Shown piece after piece: positions 34,997 through 46,755 of a stretch of 64,000 bases of DNA. The stretch is from the NCBI GenBank assembly GCA_963767925.1, contig CAVYGB010000008.1, positions 1,120,001-1,184,000 of the forward strand, read 5' to 3'. The notes under the pieces were generated by a model. It had not been told where the DNA came from. It did no database searches and saw only the letters and a program-made list of their open reading frames with translations. How positions within the stretch are numbered: the stretch's first letter is position 1; each line of letters opens with the position of its first letter. A program made the position numbers and the translations under genes. This DNA comes from an uncultured delta proteobacterium (GTDB lineage: Bacteria; Myxococcota_A; Polyangia; Fen-1088).

Positions 34997-37654
34997 GTGA
35001 CCGAGGCCAAGGACAGCGGAGGCACCGGCCTCATGCGCCAGTACCTCGAGGTCAAGGCGCGCTACCCCGACGCCGTGCTGTTCTTCCGGCTCGGCGACTT
35101 CTACGAGATGTTCCTCGACGACGCCGTGCTGGCCGCGCGGTTGCTGTCGTTGACCCTGACCACCCGGGACAAGGGCAAGGAAGACCCGGTCCCGATGTGC
35201 GGTGTCCCGCACCACGCCGCGCGGGGCTATGTCCAGAAGCTGACCGAGCTCGGCTACCGGGTGGCCGTGTGCGAGCAGCTCGAGGATCCCCGTATGGTCA
35301 AGGGGATCGTCAAGCGGGATGTGGTCCGGGTGGTGACCCCCGGCGTGATCCTCGATGAGGAGTCGCTCGATCCCCGGACCCCCCACTTCGTGGCGGCGGT
35401 GACGGGCGACGCCCGGGCCGGGCTGGGCCTGGCCTTCATCGACGTGAGCACGGGCGACTTCCGGGCCACCGAGGCGGCCAGCTTCGAGGCCCTGCTCGAC
35501 GAGATGGCCCGGGTGGAGCCGCGCGAGCTGGTGGTTCCCCGCGCCGACCCGGCGCTGGCCGCCAGCTTGCGCCGGGCCTATCCGAGACTTCCCCAGAGCC
35601 CCGCGCCGGGCCGGGAGGGCGAGGGCCCCCGGCTGCTCCGGGAGGTGTTGCCGCCCGAGAACCTCGACGAGGCCCTGCTGCGGAAGTGGCCCCGCGCCAC
35701 CGCGGCAGCGGGCGACGTCCTGGCTTATGTCCGGGCCACCCAGCTCGCCACCCCGCTGCCGGTGTCCCGGCTGGAGTTCTTCGAGCGGCGCGACTACCTC
35801 GTCATCGACGAGCAGGCCCGCACCCACCTCGAGCTGTGCGAGACCATGCTCGAGCGGAAGCGGGACGGCTCGCTGCTGGAGGTCCTCGACGCCACCCGCT
35901 CGGCCCCCGGCGCGCGCTTGCTGCGCCGCTGGCTCCTGTTTCCCCTCATGCAGATCGGGCCCATTCGCCGCCGGCAGGACGCCGTCGAGCGGCTGATCGC
36001 CCGCCCCTCGGCCCGCGAGGCGGTGCGGAAGGTCCTCGGCGAGGTGGGTGACATCGAGCGGCTGGCCAGCCGGGCACGGCTGGGCCTGGCCACCCCCCGC
36101 GATCTGTTCGCCCTGGGACGGAGCCTGGGCCGCATGCCCGTGCTGGCTCAGGCGCTGGCCGCCTCGGGCGAAGATCTGCCGGTCACCGAGCCAGGTGAGG
36201 ACCTCCTGTCGCTCGGCGCCGACCTCGGCGCCGACCTCGCCACCCGGCTGACCACCACCCTCAGCGACGACGCGCCCGCCGCCACCAGGGAGGGAGGTTT
36301 CATCCGGCCCGGATATTCGCCGGCCCTGGACGAGCTGCGATCGCTGGCCGCCGGGGGGCGTGAGCGGGTGTCGGCCATCGAGGCCCGCGAGCGGGAGCGC
36401 ACCGGGATCAGCTCGCTGAAGGTCAAGTTCAACAATGTCTTCGGCTACTACATCGAGGTGACGCGGGCCAACCTGGGCAACGTCCCGGCCGACTACATCC
36501 GCAAGCAGACGGTGGCCAACGCCGAGCGCTTCGTCACGGCCGAGCTGAACGAATACGAGAGCCAGATCAGCAGCGCCGACGAGCGGCGGGTCACTCTCGA
36601 GCTGGAGCTGTTCGAGCGGCTCCGCCGGGAGGTCGGGGAGGCCGCTTCCCGGCTGCAGGCCCTGGCCGCCCGGGTGGCGGCAGTGGATGTCCTGGCCGGA
36701 CTGGCCGAGGTGGCCCACCGCCAGGGCTTCGTTCGCCCCCTCGTCGATGACTCGACGATCATCGCCCTCGAGCAGAGCCGCCATCCGGTTGTGGAACGGC
36801 TGGCCGCCGAGGGGGGCTTCGTCCCCAACGACATCCGGCTCGACGCCGAGCGGGAGCAGCTCCTGCTGGTGACGGGGCCCAACATGGCCGGCAAGTCCAC
36901 CCTCATTCGCCAGGTGGCGCTGGCGGTGATCCTGGCCCAGATGGGCAGCTTCGTGCCGGCGCGCTCGGCCAGGGTGGGGCTGTGCGACCGCGTCTTCACC
37001 CGGGTAGGCGCGGGCGACAACCTGGCCCGCGGTGAGTCGACCTTCATGGTGGAGATGCGGGAGACCTCCCACATCCTGCGCTACGCGACCTCCCGCAGCC
37101 TGATCGTCCTCGACGAGATCGGCCGGGGGACGTCGACTTACGATGGCGTCTCCATCGCCTGGGCGGTGGCCGAGCACCTGCACGAGCGGGTCGGCGCCCG
37201 CACGCTGTTCGCGACCCACTACCACGAGCTGTGCGCGCTGTGCGAGACGCACCCCCGGGTGGTGAACCTCAGCGTGGCGGCCCGCGAGTGGAAGGGCGAG
37301 ATCGTGTTCCTGCGCAAGCTCACCCCCGGGGGCGCCAGCCGCTCCTTTGGCGTCGAGGTGGCGAAGCTGGCCGGCCTGCCGCCCGAAGTGGTGGCCAGGG
37401 CCCGTGACATCCTGGGCACTCTCGAGCGCGGGGGGTCCAGCCCGGGTGGCCCCCGATCGGTGGCTCCTGCCGCCGGGACTACCCCTCAGCTCGGCCTCTT
37501 CGATGGCGGCGAATCGCGGGTTTCGAGCCGGACGGATGGCGTCACGGAGGAGGTGCTGCGCACCCTGCGTAGCGTCGATCTCGACGGGACTTCCCCCCGG
37601 GGGGCCTGGGAGCTCCTGGCGGAGCTGAGAAGAAAGTTGACGGACCCTGCCTGA
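34997..37654 (+). CDS. mutS: DNA mismatch repair protein MutS
   Basis: GDFYEMF, GPNMAGKS, STFMVEM, DEIGRGTS and ATHYHEL. Confidence 0.97.
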   Translation: MTEAKDSGGTGLMRQYLEVKARYPDAVLFFRLGDFYEMFLDDAVLAARLLSLTLTTRDKGKEDPVPMCGVPHHAARGYVQKLTELGYRVAVCEQLEDPRMVKGIVKRDVVRVVTPGVILDEESLDPRTPHFVAAVTGDARAGLGLAFIDVSTGDFRATEAASFEALLDEMARVEPRELVVPRADPALAASLRRAYPRLPQSPAPGREGEGPRLLREVLPPENLDEALLRKWPRATAAAGDVLAYVRATQLATPLPVSRLEFFERRDYLVIDEQARTHLELCETMLERKRDGSLLEVLDATRSAPGARLLRRWLLFPLMQIGPIRRRQDAVERLIARPSAREAVRKVLGEVGDIERLASRARLGLATPRDLFALGRSLGRMPVLAQALAASGEDLPVTEPGEDLLSLGADLGADLATRLTTTLSDDAPAATREGGFIRPGYSPALDELRSLAAGGRERVSAIEARERERTGISSLKVKFNNVFGYYIEVTRANLGNVPADYIRKQTVANAERFVTAELNEYESQISSADERRVTLELELFERLRREVGEAASRLQALAARVAAVDVLAGLAEVAHRQGFVRPLVDDSTIIALEQSRHPVVERLAAEGGFVPNDIRLDAEREQLLLVTGPNMAGKSTLIRQVALAVILAQMGSFVPARSARVGLCDRVFTRVGAGDNLARGESTFMVEMRETSHILRYATSRSLIVLDEIGRGTSTYDGVSIAWAVAEHLHERVGARTLFATHYHELCALCETHPRVVNLSVAAREWKGEIVFLRKLTPGGASRSFGVEVAKLAGLPPEVVARARDILGTLERGGSSPGGPRSVAPAAGTTPQLGLFDGGESRVSSRTDGVTEEVLRTLRSVDLDGTSPRGAWELLAELRRKLTDPA

Positions 37655-37716
37655 GGGGGCCCATCATGGCTACGCTAGAAGGGCGACCCAAACATGGCGA
37701 CCCTCGAGTCTCGACC

Positions 37717-37732
37717 TGGTATTTCCGATGCT
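37717..37732 (+). promoter_or_regulatory. Candidate sigma54 promoter of the DUF882 peptidase gene
   Basis: TGGTAT-TTCCG-ATGCT (GG-N10-GC), with upstream direct repeats CATGGC and GGCGACCC. Confidence 0.4.
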
Positions 37733-37780
37733 TCAGATACCGGTGTTTCGATGAGCGACGGCCACCTCTCCCGTGGAGCG

Positions 37781-38539
37781 ATGACAGTGTCCAGGACGAC
37801 CCAGAAAGCGAGTCTCTTGCTGGTGCTGACGGCGATCGGTCTGGGCCTTCCCGGCCGGGCCTCGGCCGCCAGCTTGCCCCAGGGCGGGTCGGCCAGCGCC
37901 CGCGTCAATCTGGCCGCCGGGGCGAAGCGCAAGGCGCGGGTGCCCACGGTGGTGCTCTTCCACGTCAACCGCCGCGACACGTTGAGGCTGCGCCTGTTCG
38001 ACGATCGAGGCCGGCCGGTGGCCGGGCTCAGCCGCCGCCTCAACAACTTCTTCCGCTGCCACCACACGAACAAGCGGCACTCCATCAACCCGCGCCTGGT
38101 GCGCCTGCTGTACGAGACCGGGCGGCACTACGGCGATCGCCGCATCGAGGTGATCTCCGGCTACCGGCACCCCCGGGTAGCCAAGAATCCCCGTAGCCCC
38201 CACATGAAGGGCCTGGCCTGCGACCTGCGGGTGGCGGGGGTCAAGAACGCCGAGCTGCGGGACTTCCTGCGCCAGCGCTTCAAGAACGTCGGCGTGGGCT
38301 ATTACCCGAACTCGTCGTTCGTGCACCTCGACGTGCGCAAGGGCAACTCCGCCTTCTGGATCGACTATTCGGGGCCGGGCGAGACGGCGCTCTATTCGGA
38401 CGACCCCGCCTTCGACCTCATGACCGGCCGGGCCGAGAGCTGGAAGCGGACGACCATCGACCCCGACTGGGCCGAGTGGGACGGGAACGAGGACGAGGCC
38501 GAGCTGGCCGCGGACGGCTCGGACGACATCGCGCCCTGA
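37781..38539 (+). CDS. DUF882/YcbK (MepK-like, peptidase M15) cell-wall peptidase
   Basis: Signal peptide, VISGYR, SPHMKGLACD and GVGYYPNSSFVHLDVR zinc motifs; GGAG RBS. Confidence 0.88.
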   Translation: MTVSRTTQKASLLLVLTAIGLGLPGRASAASLPQGGSASARVNLAAGAKRKARVPTVVLFHVNRRDTLRLRLFDDRGRPVAGLSRRLNNFFRCHHTNKRHSINPRLVRLLYETGRHYGDRRIEVISGYRHPRVAKNPRSPHMKGLACDLRVAGVKNAELRDFLRQRFKNVGVGYYPNSSFVHLDVRKGNSAFWIDYSGPGETALYSDDPAFDLMTGRAESWKRTTIDPDWAEWDGNEDEAELAADGSDDIAP

Positions 38540-38616
38540 CCTCCGAAGCGGCGTTGTGAGCCGTCGGCGCGGGTGCTAAAACGCCTACCGCCCCGCCGAT
38601 TCAAGGAGGCCGCCCG

Positions 38617-39591
38617 ATGACTCGCACCGCCATCGCATTCTGGACCGCGCTGCTGGTCGCCCCCGCCGGGGCCCTCGCCGTGCCGAGCAAGGCGGCCAGA
38701 GCGGCCCGCGTGACCGTCGCGCCCGCCGCGGCGGCAGCCGAGATCACCAAGCTCAAGGGTGAGTTCAAGTGGGGCATGACCTCCGAGGAGGTCGTGCAGA
38801 AGGTGCAGGACCGGGTCCGAGCCTCCTTCCAGGAGCGGCTCGACAAGAGCGCCAACGATCCCACCCGCAACGATCGACTGCGCAAGGAGATGGTGGCCGA
38901 CACCGAAAAGCTCAAGGGCAAGGTGATCAAGTTCGACGATCAGAAGACGGGCTACGACGTCTCGATCGTCGACCAGGAGTTCCTGCGCAACGCCGGCGAG
39001 TCGATGCTCGTCGCCAAGGAAGACACCGCAACCCGGTACTTCTTCTTCAGCAGCGATCGCCTCTACAAGATGTTCCTGGCGTTCGACAAGGACATCCTGC
39101 AGGGCAAGTCGTTCCGGGACTTCGGCAAGCTGATGCAGAAGCGCTTCGGCAAGGCCCGCGAGGTGAACGTCCAGGAGAAGAGCAAGGCGGGGGTGCGGAC
39201 CAAGCTCGACCACTTCATCTGGAGCGCCAAGGACGGGGACACGCTCCGGCTGGTCGACCGCTCCGAGTTCTACGACGTCTACTGCCTCGTCATCTCCGAC
39301 CCGGCTGTCTCCCGGCAGCAGGAGGAGCTACGACAGGCCCGCGCGGCCGGCCCCAAGCCCGACAGCCTGATCGAGGCGGTCACCGCCCCGGGCAGCAACG
39401 AGCGCGACCCCAACGACAACATCATCGACCGGATCAGCGGCAAGGAGACGCCCAAGCCGGGCGAGCAGCGCCCCGAGGACGTCTCGGTCCCGGCCGTGAC
39501 GCCCCCCCCGGCCGACAAGCCGATCCAGCCGCCCCCCGTCCCGGCGCCCAACGCGCGTTCGCCCAGGCCCGCCCAGGACCCGCCCCTGTAG
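38617..39591 (+). CDS. Exported hypothetical protein with Pro-rich tail
   Basis: Strong RBS AAGGAGG, signal peptide, host-like codon usage. Family not recognised. Confidence 0.7.
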   Translation: MTRTAIAFWTALLVAPAGALAVPSKAARAARVTVAPAAAAAEITKLKGEFKWGMTSEEVVQKVQDRVRASFQERLDKSANDPTRNDRLRKEMVADTEKLKGKVIKFDDQKTGYDVSIVDQEFLRNAGESMLVAKEDTATRYFFFSSDRLYKMFLAFDKDILQGKSFRDFGKLMQKRFGKAREVNVQEKSKAGVRTKLDHFIWSAKDGDTLRLVDRSEFYDVYCLVISDPAVSRQQEELRQARAAGPKPDSLIEAVTAPGSNERDPNDNIIDRISGKETPKPGEQRPEDVSVPAVTPPPADKPIQPPPVPAPNARSPRPAQDPPL

Positions 39592-39675
39592 TCCCGCCCC
39601 GGTCGACCCGCCGCCCAAGGTGGCAAGCAAGCTAGAGAGAACGGAAGCAGGGGGGCGTCCGGCCCGGCGCGGCGC

Positions 39676-39704
39676 TTGACAGGAGGTACCGGGGACCGCA
39701 TTAT
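39676..39704 (+). promoter_or_regulatory. Sigma70 promoter of rpsT
   Basis: TTGACA-N17-CATTAT, followed by GAGGA RBS and TTG start. Confidence 0.6.
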
Positions 39705-39730
39705 CTCCCCCTTTCGAGGAACAAGCGCAC

Positions 39731-39994
39731 TTGGCCAACATTCAATCGTCGGAGAAGAAGAACCGTCAGCGCATCACCCATGAGGCGCGCAACCGGGCCA
39801 AGAAGTCCGAGCTGCGTACTGCGGTGAAGAAGCTGCGTACCGCCCTCACCGCCAAAGATGCCTCCGAGGCCAAGGCGGCCCTCACCCCGGCCGTCCGGTT
39901 GCTCGATCGGGCAGGGCGGCGTGGGCTCGTCGAGCGCAACGCCAGCGCCCGCATCATCTCGCGGCTCACCCGCGCCGTGGGCTCGCTGAAGTAG
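39731..39994 (+). CDS. rpsT: 30S ribosomal protein S20
   Basis: MANIQSSEKKNRQ..RNRAKKSELRTAVKK..LDRA..N.SAR..SRL. Confidence 0.95.
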   Translation: MANIQSSEKKNRQRITHEARNRAKKSELRTAVKKLRTALTAKDASEAKAALTPAVRLLDRAGRRGLVERNASARIISRLTRAVGSLK

Positions 39995-41027
39995 CCGGGC
40001 GGGCCGCCGCCAGCTCGGCCAGGGCGCGGACCAGCCGCGCCACCTGGACGTCCGGATCGGCGCGCGAGGATTTGAGGTTCCGGTCGGCCTGGTAGAGCAG
40101 CTCGAAGCTGCGAACCAGCGCCGCCTCCGACATGCGCCGGGCCGGCACGAGCACGTCGTCGAGGAAGTGGGGCGACAGGCCCACCCGGGAGGCCAGCTCC
40201 GACCGGGGTGCGCCTGCTGCCTCCAGCTCCTTGGCCCGCCAGATCTGCCGGAGCTGCCGCAGCAGCATGAACTGGATGCGCAGAGGCGGCTCGCGGTTGC
40301 GCAGCATGTTGCCAAGCAGCTCCAGGGCGCGCCGGGGCTGACCGGCGCCGATGGCCTTGGTCAGCTCGAACACACCCCGGGCCCGGCTCTCCGGGACCAC
40401 GGCCTCGACGTCCGCGGTCGTGACGGGGGCCTCCGCTCCGGCGTGCAGCGCGGCCTGCTCGAGGCAGAGGGACAGTCGCCCGAGATCCGGGCCGGTGGCC
40501 TCGGCCAGGGCGCGGGCCGCTTCCGGGTCGAGCCGCAGCCGGCGGCGGCGGGCCTCGGCCGCCAGCCAGTCCGGGAGCTGCCAGTCGCGCAGGGGAGGGA
40601 ACTCGTGCAGGAAACCTCCCTTGCGCAGGGCCTGTACGAACTTCAGCCGGCCGTCGATCCGCCCTGGCAGTACGAGCACCAGGCAGGTGCTGGGGTTCGG
40701 ATCGCGGAGGTACTCGAGCAGGGGCGCCTGCTGCTCGCCCGGCAGCTCACCGACGTCCCGGATGATCACCAGCCGCCGCCGAGCGAACATCGGCAGCGTG
40801 CGGGCGGCGTTCATCGCCGCGCCCAGACCGTGTTCCCGCAGATCGTAGACGTCGAGGTTGAGGTTGGATCCACCGACGGCGCCCTCCTCGCCGAGGACGG
40901 CACGCCGGAGCGCCGTCAGACAGCGCCCGACCAGGTACGGTTCCTCTCCGGTGAGGGCGTAGACGGGTGCGATCTCGCCGCGCTCGATGGCGGCCACCAC
41001 GTCATCGCTCTTGCCAGCCGGAGGCAC
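39966..41027 (-). CDS. holA: DNA polymerase III delta subunit
   Basis: PVYALTGEEPYL, TLPMFARRRLV, VFELTKAI and ADRNLKSS; convergent with rpsT. Confidence 0.9.
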   Translation of the reverse strand: MPPAGKSDDVVAAIERGEIAPVYALTGEEPYLVGRCLTALRRAVLGEEGAVGGSNLNLDVYDLREHGLGAAMNAARTLPMFARRRLVIIRDVGELPGEQQAPLLEYLRDPNPSTCLVLVLPGRIDGRLKFVQALRKGGFLHEFPPLRDWQLPDWLAAEARRRRLRLDPEAARALAEATGPDLGRLSLCLEQAALHAGAEAPVTTADVEAVVPESRARGVFELTKAIGAGQPRRALELLGNMLRNREPPLRIQFMLLRQLRQIWRAKELEAAGAPRSELASRVGLSPHFLDDVLVPARRMSEAALVRSFELLYQADRNLKSSRADPDVQVARLVRALAELAAARPATSASPRRG

Positions 41028-41086
41028 CGGGCCATGTACTACATTGGGCCGCGGCGCTTGGCCACCGAAAGCCGGGGCCTGCGGGT

Positions 41087-42151
41087 ATGACCCAGACCAT
41101 GAAGCCGGGAACCGATCGGGGCGCGTTCGCGCGTGCCCTCCTGGCCTTTTACGATCGGGTGGCGCGCGATTTGCCCTGGCGGCGGGACCCCGACGCCTAC
41201 CGGACGCTGGTGTCGGAGCTGATGTTGCAGCAGACCGGGGTCAGCACCGTGATCCCCTACTTTCACCGGTTCTGCGCCCGCTTCCCGGACCTCGCCGCCC
41301 TGGCCCGGGCGGGAGAGGAGGAGGTCCTGACTGCCTGGTCGGGGCTCGGCTATTACGCCCGGGCCCGCAACCTCCACCGGACGGCGCAGCTGGTGGTGCA
41401 GCGCCACGGCGGCCAGCTCCCCGCCAGCGAGCAGGCGCTGCGCGAGCTGCCCGGACTGGGCCCCTACACGGCGGCGGCGGTGGCCGCGATCGCGTTCGGC
41501 GCCCGGGCGGTGGCTGTCGACGGCAATGCGGCGCGAGTGCTGGCCCGCCTGTTCGGCGAGGTCCGTCCCATCGATCGTCCCGCCGTCCGGGCCGAGCTGC
41601 GGGAGCGCGGCGAGACCCTGGCCCCGAACGATCGCTGCGGCGACTTCGTTCAGGCCATCATGGAGCTTGGCGCCACCGTCTGCGTCCCGGTGGCGCCCAG
41701 CTGCTCGAGCTGTCCCGTGCAGCGCTGGTGCGAGGCCCATCGGGCGGGGACACAGGACCGGCTGCCGCAGCGATCGGCCCGGGTGGCCAAGCGGAAGGTG
41801 GCGCTGGTCTGCGCAGCGGTGGAGCGGGGCGGGCGCCTGCTGCTGGTCCGGCGTCCGCCCGGAAGCCTGCTCGGTGGCACCTGGACCATGCCGTCCGAGG
41901 AGCTCGAGCCCGACGAGGAGGCGCCCCGGGCCCTGGCGCGCGCGCTGGCGCCGGTCGGCCTGGCCAGCGCCGGGCCGGGCGAACGCCTGGGCGTGATCCG
42001 GCACATCTTCACCCATCGGGACGTGACCGCCGAGGTGTGGCGGCAGCCCGTCCGCGGGCAGGTGCGGGCGCCCGCGCGCTGGGTGGACCGGCTCGCGATG
42101 TCCCAGCTCCCGATCTCGAGCTTCACCCGCAAGACGCTGGCGCTGTTGTGA
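41087..42151 (+). CDS. mutY: A/G-specific adenine glycosylase
   Basis: RDLPWR, VSELMLQQT, GLGYYARARNL, HhH LPGLGPYTA, Fe-S Cys cluster, and NUDIX-like C-terminus with HIFTH. Confidence 0.95.
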   Translation: MTQTMKPGTDRGAFARALLAFYDRVARDLPWRRDPDAYRTLVSELMLQQTGVSTVIPYFHRFCARFPDLAALARAGEEEVLTAWSGLGYYARARNLHRTAQLVVQRHGGQLPASEQALRELPGLGPYTAAAVAAIAFGARAVAVDGNAARVLARLFGEVRPIDRPAVRAELRERGETLAPNDRCGDFVQAIMELGATVCVPVAPSCSSCPVQRWCEAHRAGTQDRLPQRSARVAKRKVALVCAAVERGGRLLLVRRPPGSLLGGTWTMPSEELEPDEEAPRALARALAPVGLASAGPGERLGVIRHIFTHRDVTAEVWRQPVRGQVRAPARWVDRLAMSQLPISSFTRKTLALL

Positions 42152-42155
42152 CGGG

Positions 42156-42172
42156 CTGGCACGGGGCTTGAA
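42156..42172 (+). promoter_or_regulatory. Candidate sigma54 promoter
   Basis: CTGGCACG-GGGC-TTGAA: perfect -24 element; -12 reads TTGA instead of TTGC. Confidence 0.5.
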
Positions 42173-42305
42173 GTTCTCTCGTCCCGCGACCGGTCATGAA
42201 CCACAAAGAACGCGTAGTTGCATGGAAACGGGGTGGGTCGGTTACTTCGAGGAGCGGAGGGCGTCACCATCCGGTGACGGTGACCGGGCGCGAAGGAAGG
42301 TAATC

Positions 42306-42641
42306 ATGGGTCTTCTCATCTCATTGGCGATTCCGATTGGCGCGACGATGGGCATCGCGACGTGGGCCATCATCCGGGGGCGGGGGGGAGCGTTGGGCGG
42401 GCTGCTGTGCACGTTCTTCGGGATCATCGGCGCGCTGATCGGCGGGCTGGCAGCGAACGCCATCGTGCAGGACGCCTCCCGGGCCGCCGTGGCCGTCGGG
42501 GCGGTGCTCGGTGCGCTCGGCGCGAGCCTGGTCGAGGCGTTCGGCTTCGGCATGCGGCCCAAGCGGGTGAAGTGGGTGGACCCGAAGGGCGTGGCGGCGA
42601 CCCAGCCCGACGACGGCGGCGTCCCGAAGTCGCTGGTCTGA
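42306..42641 (+). CDS. Small membrane protein (about 3 TM, GlsB-like Gly-rich helices)
   Basis: RBS GGAAGG; hydrophobic GIIGALIGG segments. Confidence 0.65.
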   Translation: MGLLISLAIPIGATMGIATWAIIRGRGGALGGLLCTFFGIIGALIGGLAANAIVQDASRAAVAVGAVLGALGASLVEAFGFGMRPKRVKWVDPKGVAATQPDDGGVPKSLV

Positions 42642-42699
42642 TCGTCGGCAACGACGTATCTCGGCCCGATATCAAACAACAGCACACTGGAGGGAACAC

Positions 42700-42963
42700 A
42701 TGTCCTTGGAAACTTTCTTGCTTTGGCTCGTCGTCGGTCTGATCGCCGGATGGCTCGCGTCGGCGGTGGTGGGCGGTGGGTTCGGGCTCGTCGGCGACAT
42801 CGTGGTCGGCATCGTGGGCGCCTTCCTGGGCGGGTTCATCTTCCGCGCCCTCGGCGTGGGCAGCCCGTTCGGGGGCCTGGCCGGATCGATCTTCGTGGCA
42901 TTCATCGGAGCGGTGGTCCTGCTCCTGCTCCTGCGGCTGGTACGGCGCGGACGAAGTGTCTGA
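42700..42963 (+). CDS. GlsB/YeaQ/YmgE (transglycosylase-associated) stress membrane protein
   Basis: WLVVGLIAGWLA..GLVGDIVVGIVGAFLGG..AFIGAVVLL; RBS GGAGG. Confidence 0.92.
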   Translation: MSLETFLLWLVVGLIAGWLASAVVGGGFGLVGDIVVGIVGAFLGGFIFRALGVGSPFGGLAGSIFVAFIGAVVLLLLLRLVRRGRSV

Positions 42964-42969
42964 CGACGG

Positions 42970-44886
42970 TCAGCGCAGGGCGCGGATCGCGTCGCCCTCT
43001 ACCATGTAGATGGGCGGCGCATCCACGCGGGTGTGATCGGGACCGAAGCGAAAGGTCCCGGTCACACCCTCGAATCCGCCCGCCGCCAGCGCCTGCAGGA
43101 GCTCGGCGCGGCTGCGCGCCCCCCGGTCGATGGCGGCGGTGAGCATCCGGAAGGCGTCGTATCCGTAGGCGTCGGCGGCCCCCGGATCCTGGCCGTACAG
43201 CGCGCGGTAGTGCGCCACGAAGCGCCCGGAGCGGGGATCTTCGGCGTCGGAGAAGAACCCGGGGGCGAGCAATGCGCCCTGGACGTAGCGGCCGGCGTTG
43301 CGGATCAGCTGGGCGCTCAACCCCACCGCGGTCGAGAGCAGGAGCACCTCTTTCCGGGCGGGCGCTCCCGGCGGGCGGGCGGGGCGTGGGCCGGTCGTCG
43401 GACCGGACCAGGGCTGCGGCCAGATGTCGCCCGCGGCCAGCGCCGGCGCCACCAGCTCGAGCCGGTTGGCATCGTCGGCCACGAACACGGCCTCGAACGA
43501 GGCCCGGCGAAGCTGGCCGACGGCGGCCGTGAACGCGTTGGAGCCGGCCGGATAGGTGGCCCGGCCGGTCACCCGACCACCACCCGCCGCCACCGTCCGG
43601 TTGAACGCCTCGGCCAGCCGCTGGCCGGTGCCGCTCTCGGGGCCGAGGATGGCAAAGCGACGGACGCCGAGGGCGAGGGCCCGGCGGGCCAGCTCGGCAG
43701 CCCGGACCTCCGGCGTGTGCAGCACCTGGAAGCCCGTGCTCGACGAACCCGGCGCCGCCTCGTCGAGCAGCAGGACCGGAACCCCGTCCCGAGCGGCGCT
43801 GCTCACGGTACGCCGGTCGCCCACGCCCACCAGCGCGATGGCCGCCTCCTCGCGCACCAGCTCGAAGGCAGCGCGCTCGGACACCCCGTCCCGTTCCGCG
43901 GCGGCGTCGCGGGCGACGATCTGGAAGGGGAGAGGCTCGGGGCTCTGAGCGGCGTCGCCGATGGCGAGCATCGCGCCGCGCAGGACGAAGTCGCCCAGCA
44001 GGCCGCTGGGTCCGGAGAAGGGGGCCAGCAGGCCCAGGCGACGGGGATCGCCCGGGCCGACGCCGACCGCCTCGTCGCCCCAGCCCAGCGAGCGGCGCAG
44101 GCGCCCGGTGTCCTCTTCGATCCGGCGGGCCCCGCCGGCGTCCCCCTGGGCGCGCAGGGCGGCGGCCGCCCGCACGCCGACGGCGGCCCGGATGAAGTCG
44201 CTGCCCGTGCTCCGGTAGACGCCGGCCGCCGTCTCCTCGTCGAGCCGGGCGCCGATGGCCTCCGCGCGCTGGCCGGCATAGGCCCGTTCGGCCTCCCGGG
44301 CGGCGCCGTGGCGGGCGTAGCGCTCCCATTCGGCGAGGCCCCCCGCGGGATCTCCGCTGGCCGCGCGCGTCTCTCCGAGGGCCGCCAGCAGGGCGAGCTC
44401 GGCCTCCTCCCGTTCGGGGAATCCGGGTGGTGGGCCGGCGTCGGCGAAGGGGGTGAGCAGCGCGAGGGCCGAGCGGGCCTGATTCTCCCGGGCCTCGACC
44501 AGGCCGCGCACGAACAGCACCACCGGGTCGGCGGTGGAGGGGCGGGTGTGCTCCTGCAAGCGAGCGCGGGCCCCACCGGCGTCTCCCCGGGAGAGGTCGA
44601 GGCGGGCCAGCAGCGCCGCCGCCCGCGGGCGCTGCGCCGAACGGGGGTGCCGGGCCACGAACCCTTCGAGGGCGGTGCGTGCCGGCTCGGGATTGGCCAC
44701 CGAGTAGGACTGGATCGCCTGCTGCAGCTCCGCCTCCTCGTCGGCGCGGATGGCCTCCACCGGAGGGGGACCCTCGCCGGGGGGCAACGGGGGGAGGGGC
44801 TCCGGTGTTGGCGGGCTCTTGACGACCGGCCTCACCAGGCCACATCCGGTCAGGGCCAGGAGCGCGACCGCGGTGTATGCGCGCAT
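42970..44886 (-). CDS. LppC/LpoA-like lipoprotein (TPR-like region + periplasmic binding fold)
   Basis: Lipobox [27 protein letters not shown] and [10 protein letters not shown]. Confidence 0.78.
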   Translation of the reverse strand: MRAYTAVALLALTGCGLVRPVVKSPPTPEPLPPLPPGEGPPPVEAIRADEEAELQQAIQSYSVANPEPARTALEGFVARHPRSAQRPRAAALLARLDLSRGDAGGARARLQEHTRPSTADPVVLFVRGLVEARENQARSALALLTPFADAGPPPGFPEREEAELALLAALGETRAASGDPAGGLAEWERYARHGAAREAERAYAGQRAEAIGARLDEETAAGVYRSTGSDFIRAAVGVRAAAALRAQGDAGGARRIEEDTGRLRRSLGWGDEAVGVGPGDPRRLGLLAPFSGPSGLLGDFVLRGAMLAIGDAAQSPEPLPFQIVARDAAAERDGVSERAAFELVREEAAIALVGVGDRRTVSSAARDGVPVLLLDEAAPGSSSTGFQVLHTPEVRAAELARRALALGVRRFAILGPESGTGQRLAEAFNRTVAAGGGRVTGRATYPAGSNAFTAAVGQLRRASFEAVFVADDANRLELVAPALAAGDIWPQPWSGPTTGPRPARPPGAPARKEVLLLSTAVGLSAQLIRNAGRYVQGALLAPGFFSDAEDPRSGRFVAHYRALYGQDPGAADAYGYDAFRMLTAAIDRGARSRAELLQALAAGGFEGVTGTFRFGPDHTRVDAPPIYMVEGDAIRALR

Positions 44887-44985
44887 CCCTTGGTTTTACG
44901 CGATCGAGCCGCCGCGCGCGACCGGGGGTGCGGTGGGCGGACCGGCGGCGTTCGCGGGGGCGGTTTGTGTTATGACCCATCGGCC

Positions 44986-46751
<1,766 letters not shown>

Positions 46752-46755
<4 letters not shown>

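Noticed and set aside
39966..39994. Convergent overlaps rpsT/holA (and 31640-31657 phosphoesterase/TolC)
   Set aside because: Short 3' overlaps are ordinary, and holA-rpsT adjacency is common.
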